A stretch of DNA of 64,000 bases. It comes from Alphaproteobacteria bacterium (lineage in GTDB: Bacteria > Pseudomonadota > Alphaproteobacteria > UBA828). Under the pieces are notes generated by a model that made no database searches, was not told where the DNA came from, and saw only the letters and a program-made list of their open reading frames with translations. Below, piece by piece: positions 20,840 through 31,620 of this stretch. The position numbers and the translations under genes were made by a program. Within the stretch, counting starts at the first letter, position 1; each line of letters opens with the position of its first letter. The stretch lies in contig OZ243972.1 of NCBI GenBank assembly GCA_965214705.1, positions 2,560,001-2,624,000 of the forward strand, written 5' to 3'.

Positions 20840-21343
20840 ATGGTTTCAGCGACGAAGATGACCGCGGCGCTTGTCGCCGGGGCAGCGATACTGGGTGCGG
20901 CGCACATCGCGACGGCCGAGGAGAGCGGCAGCCTCCGCCTCATCCGCACCTACGTGCAGGACTACACCACCATCGAGCACGGCGACGCGCGCTACACCGG
21001 CGGCCCGCTTCAGGGGTCGGTCACCGTCCTTGAGAGCAGCGGCAGCCCGTTCGTCGCGGGCACGCATCAACGGATCACGTGCGTGGTCTTTGCCAAGAGC
21101 ACGGAGGCGGGCATCGATCTCGACGCCCCCTGCACGATGACCGCCCCATCGGGCGACAGGTGGTACATCCACTCGAAACGGCGTTCGGGTACCGTCGAGA
21201 CGGGCGGCGGCGGCCCCGGCACCATGGAGATCCTGGGCGGCACCGGCGTCTACGCCGGCATCAGCGGCACCTGCACCTACGATGTCGGCTATATGCCGGA
21301 CAACTGGGTCGCCATGATCGCGGACTGCACTTGGCAGAAGTAG
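20840..21343 (+). CDS. Secreted hypothetical protein
   Basis: Signal-peptide-like N terminus; GGTGVYAGISGTC. Confidence 0.6.
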   Translation: MVSATKMTAALVAGAAILGAAHIATAEESGSLRLIRTYVQDYTTIEHGDARYTGGPLQGSVTVLESSGSPFVAGTHQRITCVVFAKSTEAGIDLDAPCTMTAPSGDRWYIHSKRRSGTVETGGGGPGTMEILGGTGVYAGISGTCTYDVGYMPDNWVAMIADCTWQK

Positions 21344-21381
21344 CGCGGGCCGAGGCGGGCCGGTAGGGAAGGGCTTGAGCG

Positions 21382-21648
21382 ATGGTCGAGCTGGTCGCCT
21401 ATGTCGCGCTCCAGCGTCTGATCGAAGCGGCGGAGGCGGTCGGGGAGAGCCTCATGCCCAACGAGCGCGAGATGCTGCACAGCCTCAAGTCGAAGTACGC
21501 CGCGCCGATGGACGTCGATCCGTTCGACACGACCGCACTCGAAGTCATCCTGCGCAACGTCGAGGTGCGCAAAGGATACGATTTCGATCCGCGCAAGGAC
21601 GGCGGCCGGGTCATCGACCTGCCGCGCACCGGGGACAAGAAGGCGTGA
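21382..21648 (+). CDS. Hypothetical protein
   Basis: Fills the gap in a co-oriented run; protein-like composition. Confidence 0.55.
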   Translation: MVELVAYVALQRLIEAAEAVGESLMPNEREMLHSLKSKYAAPMDVDPFDTTALEVILRNVEVRKGYDFDPRKDGGRVIDLPRTGDKKA

Positions 21649-21743
21649 ACGACGCCTCCCTGGTCATGCTGGAGGGAGACGGGCTAATTTCACTTAGGGA
21701 GTCCCTGGCAACGACAACAATCAGTCGAAAGGACGCTTGAACC

Positions 21744-22319
21744 ATGCTCAAACGCACTCTCGGGGCTGCCCTGGCCGCAACCATCCTGGCTTTCTCGGCA
21801 CCAGCCGCCAAGGCCGCCGACTACACGATCGATTCGGGCCATAGCTTCGTTCAGTTCAAGATCTCCCACGTCGGCGTGTCCTGGATGATCGGCACCTTCG
21901 AGAGGATTTCGGGCAGCTTCACGTTCGATTCGGAGGCAGGGCCGGAGGCTCAGTCGATCACGGTCGAGATCGACACGGCCAGCGTCGATACCAACCACGC
22001 GGAGCGCGACAAGCACCTGCGCTCGGCGGACTTTCTGAACGTCGACGAGTTCCCCATCGCCACCTTCGTCAGCACCGGCTACGAGGGCGATGCCGAGAGC
22101 GGCGTGATGACGGGAGACCTGATGCTCCACGGCGTCACCAAGCCGATCGCCATCGCCGTCAAGAAGGTGGGGGAGGGCAAGGACCCCTGGGGCGGCTATC
22201 GCGCCGGTTTCGAGGGCTCGGTGACAATCACCCGCAAGGATTTCGGCATGGGCTACAACCTGGGGCCCGCGTCCGAATCCATGGAGCTCTTCCTCTTCAT
22301 CGAGGGCACCCGCAACTAG
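21744..22319 (+). CDS. yceI: YceI family periplasmic lipid/isoprenoid-binding protein
   Basis: Signal peptide; HSFVQFKISH, SVDTNHAERDKHLRSADF, DPWGGYRAGF. Confidence 0.93.
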   Translation: MLKRTLGAALAATILAFSAPAAKAADYTIDSGHSFVQFKISHVGVSWMIGTFERISGSFTFDSEAGPEAQSITVEIDTASVDTNHAERDKHLRSADFLNVDEFPIATFVSTGYEGDAESGVMTGDLMLHGVTKPIAIAVKKVGEGKDPWGGYRAGFEGSVTITRKDFGMGYNLGPASESMELFLFIEGTRN

Positions 22320-22354
22320 CGCCTGCGGGGTTCCGCCTTCCGTAGGGAGCGGTC

Positions 22355-22933
22355 ATGTGGCGAAGCGGTCGAGACCATTACGGGCTCGTCGCCATCGGCT
22401 TTCACTGGTCCATCGCCATCGTCTTCACGGGCCTCGTCGGGCTCGGCGCCTGGATGGTGGGCCTCACCTATTACGATCCCTGGTACAACGATTCCCTCGC
22501 GCTCCATAAGGCCATCGGAATCGTGGTGCTGGCGCTCGCGCTGGCCAAGTTCGGCTGGAAGCTGGTCGATCGCAAACCCGGCTACGGGCCGGAGGTACGC
22601 GCTTACGAACGCGCCGGCGCCACCGCCACGCACTGGATTCTCAGTGCGCTCCTGGTCGTGCTGCCGGTCACCGGCTACCTGATCTCGACCTCCGAGGGTG
22701 CGGGCATCGACATGTTCGGGCTCTTCGAGGTGCCCGCGTTCTTCGACGTCACGGCCGGGACCCGCGACCTCACCATCGACCTCCACTACTACCTGGCCTA
22801 CGGCGGCATCGCCCTGGTCGGCATCCACGCCATTGCGGCCCTCAAGCACACCTTCATCGACAAGGGATCGACGCTGATCCGCATGCTGATCCCGCGCTCG
22901 CGCTCAGAGCACGTTGATCGGTCCATGAAATAG
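22355..22933 (+). CDS. Cytochrome b561 (YceJ-like)
   Basis: FHW, LHKAIG, THW, LHYY, HAIAALKH heme histidines; adjacent to yceI. Confidence 0.9.
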   Translation: MWRSGRDHYGLVAIGFHWSIAIVFTGLVGLGAWMVGLTYYDPWYNDSLALHKAIGIVVLALALAKFGWKLVDRKPGYGPEVRAYERAGATATHWILSALLVVLPVTGYLISTSEGAGIDMFGLFEVPAFFDVTAGTRDLTIDLHYYLAYGGIALVGIHAIAALKHTFIDKGSTLIRMLIPRSRSEHVDRSMK

Positions 22934-23034
22934 AGTGGCGTTAGCCTGTAATTGCCGGCAGGGTCGTCATCGGCACGGCGCACCCATGACTGCCCGCCGG
23001 CCGACCACGCGCTGACGAGTACGACGGGCTTCCG

Positions 23035-23673
23035 ATGACCGAATTCCCGCATTCGCTGCTGCACGGCTACCAATCGTTCAAGAACGACCGCTACGCCCGG
23101 GAGCACGCCCGCTACCGCTCGCTCGCCGAGGACGGGCAGAAACCCGAGGTCATGATCGTCGCCTGCTGCGACTCCCGGTCGGCGCCGGAGACCATCTTCA
23201 ACGCGGCACCGGGCGAGATCTTCGTCGTCCGCAATGTCGCCAATCTGGTGCCGCCTTATGAGCCGGACGGCGCCTACGACAGTACCTCGGCCGCGCTCGA
23301 GTTCGCCGTGCAGAGCCTGAAGGTCCGGCACATCGTGGTGCTCGGCCATGGGCGCTGCGGCGGTATCAGTGCGGTCCTGCATCCGGCGGCGGAACCGCTC
23401 TCTCCGGGCGATTTCATCGGTAAGTGGATGAAGCTGCTCGGCCCCGCCGCAAGCGAGATCGAAGCCGGCGGCCCGATGTCCGATGCCGAGCGGCAAACCG
23501 CTCTTGAGCGCGCTTCCATCCGTCACTCGATCGCGAACCTTCGGACGTTCCCGTGCGTCTCGATCCTGGAGGACCGGAACCGTCTCAGCCTGCATGGTGC
23601 CTGGTTCGACATCGCCCACGGTGAACTCTGGACCATGAACCCGGCCACCGGAGACTTCTCCAAGGCCATGTAG
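23035..23673 (+). CDS. Beta-class carbonic anhydrase
   Basis: CCDSR, RNVAN, GHGRCGG. Confidence 0.94.
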   Translation: MTEFPHSLLHGYQSFKNDRYAREHARYRSLAEDGQKPEVMIVACCDSRSAPETIFNAAPGEIFVVRNVANLVPPYEPDGAYDSTSAALEFAVQSLKVRHIVVLGHGRCGGISAVLHPAAEPLSPGDFIGKWMKLLGPAASEIEAGGPMSDAERQTALERASIRHSIANLRTFPCVSILEDRNRLSLHGAWFDIAHGELWTMNPATGDFSKAM

Positions 23674-23706
23674 CGCCCGCGAGAGCGCAAACAGGAAGAG
23701 GAACCT

Positions 23707-24183
23707 ATGCTGCTGGAAGGCTCGTGCCACTGCCGCGCGGTGCGGTTTTCGCTCCGGTCGAGGACGCCGCTTCCATACATGCATTGCTACTGCTCGATCT
23801 GCCGGAAGACCGCTGGTGGTGGCGGCTACGCCATCAATCTCGGCGGCGAGGCGGAGACGCTGAGCGTCACGGGCAAGCGCTCGCTGAAGGTCTATCGGGC
23901 GCGGCTCGAGGACGATAGCGAGAGCCCGGCGGAGCGGCGCTTCTGCGGCCGCTGCGGCAGCGCGCTCTGGGTCTGGGACCCGCGCTGGCCGGAGCTGATC
24001 CATCCCTTCGCGTCGGCCATCGACACGCCGCTGCCGGTACTGCCCGAGCGCTGCCATATCATGGTGGACTACGCGCCGGGCTGGGTCAGGATTCCGTCGG
24101 GCAAGCGGGACCCGCACTTTCCCGAGTACCCGGACCAGTCGATCGAGGACTGGCACCGCAGCCGCGACCTCCTCGGCCCATGA
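23707..24183 (+). CDS. GFA/CENP-V family Zn protein
   Basis: GSCHC, CYCSICRK, RRFCGRCGS. Confidence 0.9.
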   Translation: MLLEGSCHCRAVRFSLRSRTPLPYMHCYCSICRKTAGGGGYAINLGGEAETLSVTGKRSLKVYRARLEDDSESPAERRFCGRCGSALWVWDPRWPELIHPFASAIDTPLPVLPERCHIMVDYAPGWVRIPSGKRDPHFPEYPDQSIEDWHRSRDLLGP

Positions 24184-24232
24184 TGTGGGCACTACCGAAC
24201 GACGACTCACTGGCAGCAAAGAAAGGGCGATC

Positions 24233-25084
24233 ATGGCATCGCAGGGAACGAACGGCGGCACCGTCAAGGCGCTCTGGCGCTATCCGATCAAGTCCATGGC
24301 CGGCACCAAGCTTGACGAGGCGTTGATCACCGAGGGCGGCATCCTGGGCGACCGGGGCTATGCCGTGATCGACAAGGCCAGCGGCCGGGTGGGGAGCGCC
24401 AAGACGCCCAAGAAGTGGGCCGGTCTGATGGCGCTTGCCGCCGATTTCGTCGAGCCGCCGAAGCTCGGCGAAGTGCTCCCCCCGGTAAGCATCGTCTGGC
24501 CCGACGGCACAGCGATTTCGAGCGACGGCGGCGACCCCGATGCGCGCCTTTCCGAGACCCTGGGACGGCCGGTCACGCTCACGACGGAGCGCCCGGAGGC
24601 GCCCAGCCTCGAACGCCTCGACCCGCTCGCCGCCGATGAGGTCATCGTCGATATAGGTGAGCTGATGATGGCCGGCCGGTTCTCCGACTACGCGGCGCTG
24701 CATCTGATCACCACGGCGACGATGGCGCGCCTTGCCGAGCTCCGCCCCGACTCCCAGTTCAGTGCCCGCCGCTTTCGCCCCAATGTGACGATCGCGACTC
24801 CCGACGGCCAGACGGGTTTCGTCGAGAACGACTGGGTCGGCCGCGAGCTCACCATCGGCGACGAGGTGCGGCTCCGCATCTCCGACCCGACGCCGCGCTG
24901 CTCCGTGCCCACGCTGGCGCAGGAGAGCTTGGAGAAGGACCCGCAAGTTCTCCGCGCCCTGGTCGAGCACAACACGCTCCCCGTCCCCGTGCTGGACGGC
25001 GAGACGCTTCCCTGCGCGGGTGTCTACGGCTTCGTCATCCAGGGCGGCACGGTGAAGAGAGGCGATAAGGTGCGGGTCGTCTAG
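24233..25084 (+). CDS. MOSC domain protein
   Basis: LWRYPIKSM, GDRGYA, RRFRPN, PRC, GVYG. Confidence 0.9.
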   Translation: MASQGTNGGTVKALWRYPIKSMAGTKLDEALITEGGILGDRGYAVIDKASGRVGSAKTPKKWAGLMALAADFVEPPKLGEVLPPVSIVWPDGTAISSDGGDPDARLSETLGRPVTLTTERPEAPSLERLDPLAADEVIVDIGELMMAGRFSDYAALHLITTATMARLAELRPDSQFSARRFRPNVTIATPDGQTGFVENDWVGRELTIGDEVRLRISDPTPRCSVPTLAQESLEKDPQVLRALVEHNTLPVPVLDGETLPCAGVYGFVIQGGTVKRGDKVRVV

Positions 25085-25449
25085 CCCGCATTTCTCACCA
25101 TGGTCACGGCCTGCGTCGCGCACTAGGCGTTCGATCCGCCAGGAGCGGGCCGAAAAGCGTATCGGGGAATACGGTTGAGGCCCGCAACGCCGCGGGCGGG
25201 CGCCTGGGCGCGACCCGAAGGGCGGCGCCTTCAGGGCGACAGGGTGCGTCGCGCCGTTTGCCCGATGTGCCCGCATCGCGCTGCACGGCGCTCCTGCCCT
25301 CTCGCCCTGAATGCGCCGCGCAGACCATGACCATGGTGAGATATGCGGGCAAGGGTACGCGGCGTCACGCGTCCAGACGCGACGCTGGGCACATCGTGGC
25401 GTGCAAACCCGAGAGAGGAGGGGAGGCGGGTATTCCCGCGCGGCGCCCG

Positions 25450-26319
25450 TCAGGCGGCCGCTGCTTCGGCCTCCCTGTACGCGCGCTCGATCTGTCGCTT
25501 GACCGTTATGACGGCCTCGGAATGAGGGGCCGGCCCCTCCAGCAACTGGATGCTGCCCCTGCCCAGCGGCGGCAGGGTCGAGGGCACGGACATCACGCTC
25601 AATGGCCTGGGTATGGTCCCCTCGGCCATGACGGTGACGCCCATTCCGGCTTCGACCGCAGCCTGGACGATCCGCGGGTCGGCGCTGCGCAGCACCTCGC
25701 GATAGGCGATACCCCGATCCTCAAACGCAGTCGCCGCCGCGGCCTGCAGGAAGCAGTTGTCCGTATTCCAGGCGACCGGGACCGGCATCGACGGGTCGAG
25801 CGCGAAGCCGGGCGCACACACCCAATGAAGCCGTGGGCGACTCAGCACCGCTTCCGCCAGCGCCTTCTCGGTCAACATGACGACGGCGAGATCCAGCGAA
25901 TGGGCCTCGGTCATCTGCTGCAGCCGCCAGCTCGGCAGGCAATGGATGTCGAGCTCGGCAGCGGCGTGGTTTCGCAGCATGTAGCCGAGAAGCTCCGGCA
26001 GAAGCGCCGTCTCGAAGCCCTCGGCAATGCCGAGTCTGACCTCGCCGATGACCCGTTTGGACTGCAAACGCCGCGCCATTCGGTCCTGCAGATCGATGAG
26101 CGAACGGATGTCGGGTAGCAGATCACGCCCTTCCGCCGTCAGGCTCACCTCGTGATGGCCCCGTTCGAACAGCAGGGCGCCGAATGCTTCCTCCAGCTTT
26201 TGGATCCGAACCGACATCGTGGCCTGCGAGCAGCCGATCTGCCGGGCAGCCTTGGAGAAGCTGCCGGTCTCCACAAGACGCAGGAACGAATGAAGCTGCT
26301 TGGTATCCAGGTCGATCAT
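25450..26319 (-). CDS. LysR family transcriptional regulator
   Basis: GSFSKAA...SQATMSVRIQKLEE, LTAEG; divergent from the dehydrogenase. Confidence 0.92.
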   Translation of the reverse strand: MIDLDTKQLHSFLRLVETGSFSKAARQIGCSQATMSVRIQKLEEAFGALLFERGHHEVSLTAEGRDLLPDIRSLIDLQDRMARRLQSKRVIGEVRLGIAEGFETALLPELLGYMLRNHAAAELDIHCLPSWRLQQMTEAHSLDLAVVMLTEKALAEAVLSRPRLHWVCAPGFALDPSMPVPVAWNTDNCFLQAAAATAFEDRGIAYREVLRSADPRIVQAAVEAGMGVTVMAEGTIPRPLSVMSVPSTLPPLGRGSIQLLEGPAPHSEAVITVKRQIERAYREAEAAAA

Positions 26320-26528
26320 TCAATTCAGGTATTCCCATATGAACTATAAGTCAACGATTGGCCCCTTTTGGTTAATTGACATGCGCCCGGCGCCTCACCT
26401 GCCCGCAGCGCCCCGTGACCACGCCTGCCGACGTCCTTCGCGGCCGCTAAACGTACTCAAGCGAGCCCTGACGCGGGCGGTCTGCTATACATCCCTAGCG
26501 CACCCATCCGCTCGTTGGCATTTCCCGG

Positions 26529-27521
26529 ATGATCACGACTCCTCCCTGCATTCTCGTCACCCACGACCCGCCGCCGGAGGCGCGCGCCGCCTATCGCCAG
26601 CAGCTCGGCTCCCAATCCGAATTGCTTTTCAAACCCGATCTCTCGCCTGAGAGCTGGGACGCGGCGCGGGCGCGGGCGCGTGTGCTGATCGCCCTGAATC
26701 CCCGGATCGAGATCACGGCCGACGATGTCGCAGCGATGACGTCGCTCGGCTTCGTGCAGCTCTTGACCGCAGGCGTCGATCACGTGCCGCTGCATCTCTT
26801 TCCGCGCGATCTGCCCATTGCCTCGAACGCGGGCGCCTACGCCGGCCCGATGGCGGAGTTCGTGCTGGCCATCACGCTGGCCGCGGTCAAGCGCCTGCCA
26901 GTCGAGCACCAGGAGATGCGGGAAGGGCGGTTCAACCAGTTCGTCGACAACAAGACGCTCAGGGGAGCCGCTTGCGCGATCCTCGGCTTCGGCGGCGCCG
27001 GGCGCGCCGCAGCCCAGCTGTTCCGGGCGCTGGGTGCAGAAATCCACGCCATCAACCGCAGCGGCGAGACCGATGAGGAGGTGGCGTTCATCGGCACCGT
27101 GGCGGCGCTGGAAGATGTGCTCCGCCGCGCCGATGTCGTCGTCGTCTCGATGTCGCTGACCGGCGCGACGGCGGGGCTGATCGGCGCGCGCGAGCTCGGC
27201 TGGATGAAGGAGGACGCGATCCTGGTCAATGTCGCGCGCGGCGAGATCATCGACCAGGACGCGCTCTATCGCCACCTGGTCGAAAACGAGCGGTTCTTCG
27301 CGTGCCTTGAATCGTGGTGGATCGAGCCGGTGCGGCATGGCGTGTTCCGCATCGAACACCCGTTCCTCGACCTGCCCAACGTGATCGCCGCGCCACATAA
27401 CTCGGCGAGCGTGGCGGGCGCGCAGGTTGAGGCGATGCGCCAGGGCGCACGCAACGTGCGCCGATGGCTGGACGGCGAGGTGCCCCGAAACCTGCTCGGC
27501 GCTGACGAACGCGGAGGCTGA
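26529..27521 (+). CDS. D-2-hydroxyacid dehydrogenase family
   Basis: AGVDH, GFGGAG, VNVARG, APHNS. Confidence 0.88.
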   Translation: MITTPPCILVTHDPPPEARAAYRQQLGSQSELLFKPDLSPESWDAARARARVLIALNPRIEITADDVAAMTSLGFVQLLTAGVDHVPLHLFPRDLPIASNAGAYAGPMAEFVLAITLAAVKRLPVEHQEMREGRFNQFVDNKTLRGAACAILGFGGAGRAAAQLFRALGAEIHAINRSGETDEEVAFIGTVAALEDVLRRADVVVVSMSLTGATAGLIGARELGWMKEDAILVNVARGEIIDQDALYRHLVENERFFACLESWWIEPVRHGVFRIEHPFLDLPNVIAAPHNSASVAGAQVEAMRQGARNVRRWLDGEVPRNLLGADERGG

Positions 27522-27681
27522 GGAGCCAGGCGTCGGTTCGCGCCCAAGCGTGGGCCATTGCTGCGGATGCAGGGCGGGTGCCGCCACCAATCCGGCAGCC
27601 GGATATGCGGGTCAGGAAACGAACGCGATGCCGTCCACGTCCGCCGCTACGCCGTCATCGGCGGCGGCCGAAGCGGGGTCG

Positions 27682-28935
27682 TCATCGATACGTCTGATCG
27701 TCCCGCCCCACGGCCTCATGCAGCCCAGCCACGAATGACGACAGGCCGGCGGTGCGGAGCGGCACGAAAGGCTTGGCGGCTTGCTTGCAGAGCGCCTTGG
27801 CCTTGAGGCAGGCGCCGTGGCCGACGCAATCGACGGGGCAGAGCACCACGTCCGCCTGGCTGAGCACGCCGCCCAGGCGCCCGATGTTGTCGTCGACCCC
27901 GCCGTCGTGGTGGCTGAAACGGCCGTTCAGGCTCTCAACCACAGCACGGAAGCGGCCGACCGCGTTGGCTCTTCCGCCGACGTAGGCGATGCGGCGGCCG
28001 CAGAGGTCGATTGCGGGTGTTTCCGCTTGTGCCAGGGTGGTCTCTCCGTCGACGTCCGCCCTTACCAACGTCTCCAGCGCCGCACATTCGTCGCGGAGAG
28101 CTTCAAGGCTGGCAGCCGCCTCCCGGTAGGCGGGCCGTAGCTCCGACAGCTCCCGCTCCAGGTTGTCGCAGCGGTGCCGCGCCCTCTCGCCCTCCCGCCG
28201 TGCGTCTTCCAACTCCGCCGCAAGCGTCTCGTTGGTGCGCTCCAGGGTGCTGTGCGCCTCGCCGCTCTCGTATTCGCGGAGCCGGGTCTCAGCTGCCGCG
28301 AGCGCCTCGCCGGCCGCTTCGGCAGCTCTGAGCCGGCTCTCCAAGGCCGCCCTTTCGTCCACATGCCGTGCCGCCGTCTGCCTGTGCTCGGCGGCCTGAG
28401 CCGCGAGATTGCGCTTGGCCTCGGCGAGTGCGGTCTCCAGGCTTTGCAGCCTCTTCGCATTGGCCCGATTGGCTGAGCCGGTCAGGTGCGAGAGCATGTG
28501 CACGTCGCCGAAGGCCCGGACGATCAACCGGTCCGTCACGAGCGGGTGCGTCACCAACGCCCAGTAGGGTCCGGGGATGTCGCCCTTGTCGACGGCGCGG
28601 GACCAGAACGCATCCAGGCTCTCCTCGCACCGCGCCATCTGGGAGGTGTGAATGGCGGCCCGGTACTTGGCATCGAGCGCCTTGTGCATCAGCCGCGCGA
28701 GCCGGTCCGGCTCCTCAGCCCGGTGCACGAAGTAGTTGTGCACATCGTACTCGGTCGCCTGCTCTGCGGGCACGAATCCGGCCTTGCGGCCGATCTTGAG
28801 CAGGTCGGCATAGCTGAGGCAGGTTCCGAGAATGCTGCAATGCAGGTCCGGCCGGATCTCCCACAGCTTGCGGCGTTGCCCTTGCGCCGATGGGGACGGG
28901 GCAATGCAGGGTTCGCACATGGCGGGATTGTCCAT
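27682..28935 (-). CDS. DUF2325 domain protein with N-terminal His/Cys domain and coiled coil
   Basis: RRKLWE..HCSILGTC, YWALVTHP, FGDVHMLSH; C-terminal YVGG, HHDGG, CPVDCVGH. Confidence 0.78.
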   Translation of the reverse strand: MDNPAMCEPCIAPSPSAQGQRRKLWEIRPDLHCSILGTCLSYADLLKIGRKAGFVPAEQATEYDVHNYFVHRAEEPDRLARLMHKALDAKYRAAIHTSQMARCEESLDAFWSRAVDKGDIPGPYWALVTHPLVTDRLIVRAFGDVHMLSHLTGSANRANAKRLQSLETALAEAKRNLAAQAAEHRQTAARHVDERAALESRLRAAEAAGEALAAAETRLREYESGEAHSTLERTNETLAAELEDARREGERARHRCDNLERELSELRPAYREAAASLEALRDECAALETLVRADVDGETTLAQAETPAIDLCGRRIAYVGGRANAVGRFRAVVESLNGRFSHHDGGVDDNIGRLGGVLSQADVVLCPVDCVGHGACLKAKALCKQAAKPFVPLRTAGLSSFVAGLHEAVGRDDQTYR

Positions 28936-29084
28936 TATTGTGCAGTCCGGTCATCGCCGAGGCGGTGCTCGCCGCCTGCGGCAATAGAGCGGATGGACCG
29001 GCTTGGGGGCCGCCCCGCAGGGGGTTGAGCGGGGCGGCCCCGGTCTGCCGTGCTGCTCTGCTCAGCAGACCGCCGGGAAAGCGC

Positions 29085-30344
<1,260 letters not shown>

Positions 30345-30368
30345 CGTCAGTACTCCTTCTTCAATGCT

Positions 30369-31418
30369 CTAGAACTCGGCCGCGAGCAGTACGGTAACGG
30401 CGGCGTCGGCGTCGTCCGCGCCGTAGGCTTCGCTCTGCGACCATTCGAGGCCGATCCCGACGCCATCCCAGACGCCCACGGAGATCCCGAGAAGCATGAG
30501 TGTCTCCGCCAGCTCTGCGGCCTCGCCGTCATCCGTTCCGCCTCCCCCGATGGCGAGGGTTGCTTCCCTGCCCATCAAGTCGAAACCGTAGGCAATCTCG
30601 GCACTCCAGGCCGTCGGTGTTGCCCCGTCCTCCGGCGTTTCGAGGGTGGTCACGTACTCGACCAGTGCCGACGCGGGGCCGAGACTGCCGCGAGCGCTGA
30701 CAGCCATGCCCTGGACGTCAATTTCATTGCCGATGCCGGTGATCCACGACACGTCGAGGCCGAACTCCGTCCCGTCGCCCTCCACGGCGAAGCCGACGGC
30801 GGCGCCATAATTCTCGGCGATTTCACCCTCCTCGGGTTGGAGGGCAAAGAGGTTCCAGTTCAACTGGCCGGCCTCGCCGCCGAGCACCAGCGACACCCCA
30901 TCTGTGTCACCGAGGTCCTTCGTGAGCGGATCGGTAATCAGGTTGGTGTCGTAGACGCCGAAGGGCACACCCTGCTGGCCCATCGCGGCGGAAAGTCCGC
31001 CACTCGCCGGCTCGTAAGTCAGGAACGCGTCGGCGAGCGCAATTGTGCCCTCGTCGTTCTCCACGACGATCTCGCCGCCCCACTCGTCGTTGATCGCAGC
31101 CGCAATGGCGAGCTCTGCCGTGTCCACGCTCCCCGTTGTACTGCTGTCACCCTCGGCCGGGCTCTCGCCAACCAACAGGAGCTCGATGGCGCCGCCGATC
31201 TCTACGCTGTTGAACCAGCCGTCGGAGAGAGCAGCCATCTCGCCTTCTTTCTCGACGATCATCTGGTCCTGAGAGGCAATACGATCCTCCAGGTACTCGA
31301 TGCGCTGTTCCATGGTCGCGAGCTTGTCCTCGACCATGTCGTCCGCCATCGCCGGCGCGTTCCAAGCGAGCGCCGCGACGGTCGCCACGCCCAATCCTGT
31401 CAAACCTATACGCTTCAT
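30369..31418 (-). CDS. Outer-membrane beta-barrel porin, LbtU-like
   Basis: Signal peptide, short coiled coil, PFGVYDTNLITDPLT, C-terminal Phe (LLAAEF). Confidence 0.72.
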   Translation of the reverse strand: MKRIGLTGLGVATVAALAWNAPAMADDMVEDKLATMEQRIEYLEDRIASQDQMIVEKEGEMAALSDGWFNSVEIGGAIELLLVGESPAEGDSSTTGSVDTAELAIAAAINDEWGGEIVVENDEGTIALADAFLTYEPASGGLSAAMGQQGVPFGVYDTNLITDPLTKDLGDTDGVSLVLGGEAGQLNWNLFALQPEEGEIAENYGAAVGFAVEGDGTEFGLDVSWITGIGNEIDVQGMAVSARGSLGPASALVEYVTTLETPEDGATPTAWSAEIAYGFDLMGREATLAIGGGGTDDGEAAELAETLMLLGISVGVWDGVGIGLEWSQSEAYGADDADAAVTVLLAAEF

Positions 31419-31535
31419 CGGTCGTCCCCTTTGCTGCAGCTAGCGCGGTGTTGCCAACGCTGGCCGGCAGCGAACCGACCTACCGCCGAGGGATGCGATA
31501 CCCCTCGCGCGGCTATCCTCCCACGCGTGGCGGCG

Positions 31536-31620
31536 TTGACAGCCTTATCCTGCGACTGATAATCGTTCCTAGAATGCTCGTCAACCTAATTGCGAAAGAT
31601 TCTCAGTGTTATTCTCAAAT
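31536..31620. promoter_or_regulatory. Divergent promoter region with Fur-like boxes
   Basis: TTGACA (31536), 16 bp, GATAAT (31558); TTGAC on the minus strand near 31580; GATAATCGTTCCTA and AATTGCGAAAGATTCTCAGT resemble Fur boxes. Confidence 0.55.

Noticed and set aside
25085-25449. GC-rich intergenic stretch with GCGTCGCGC-like motifs
   Set aside because: No regular period, TIR/TSD or recognisable RNA family
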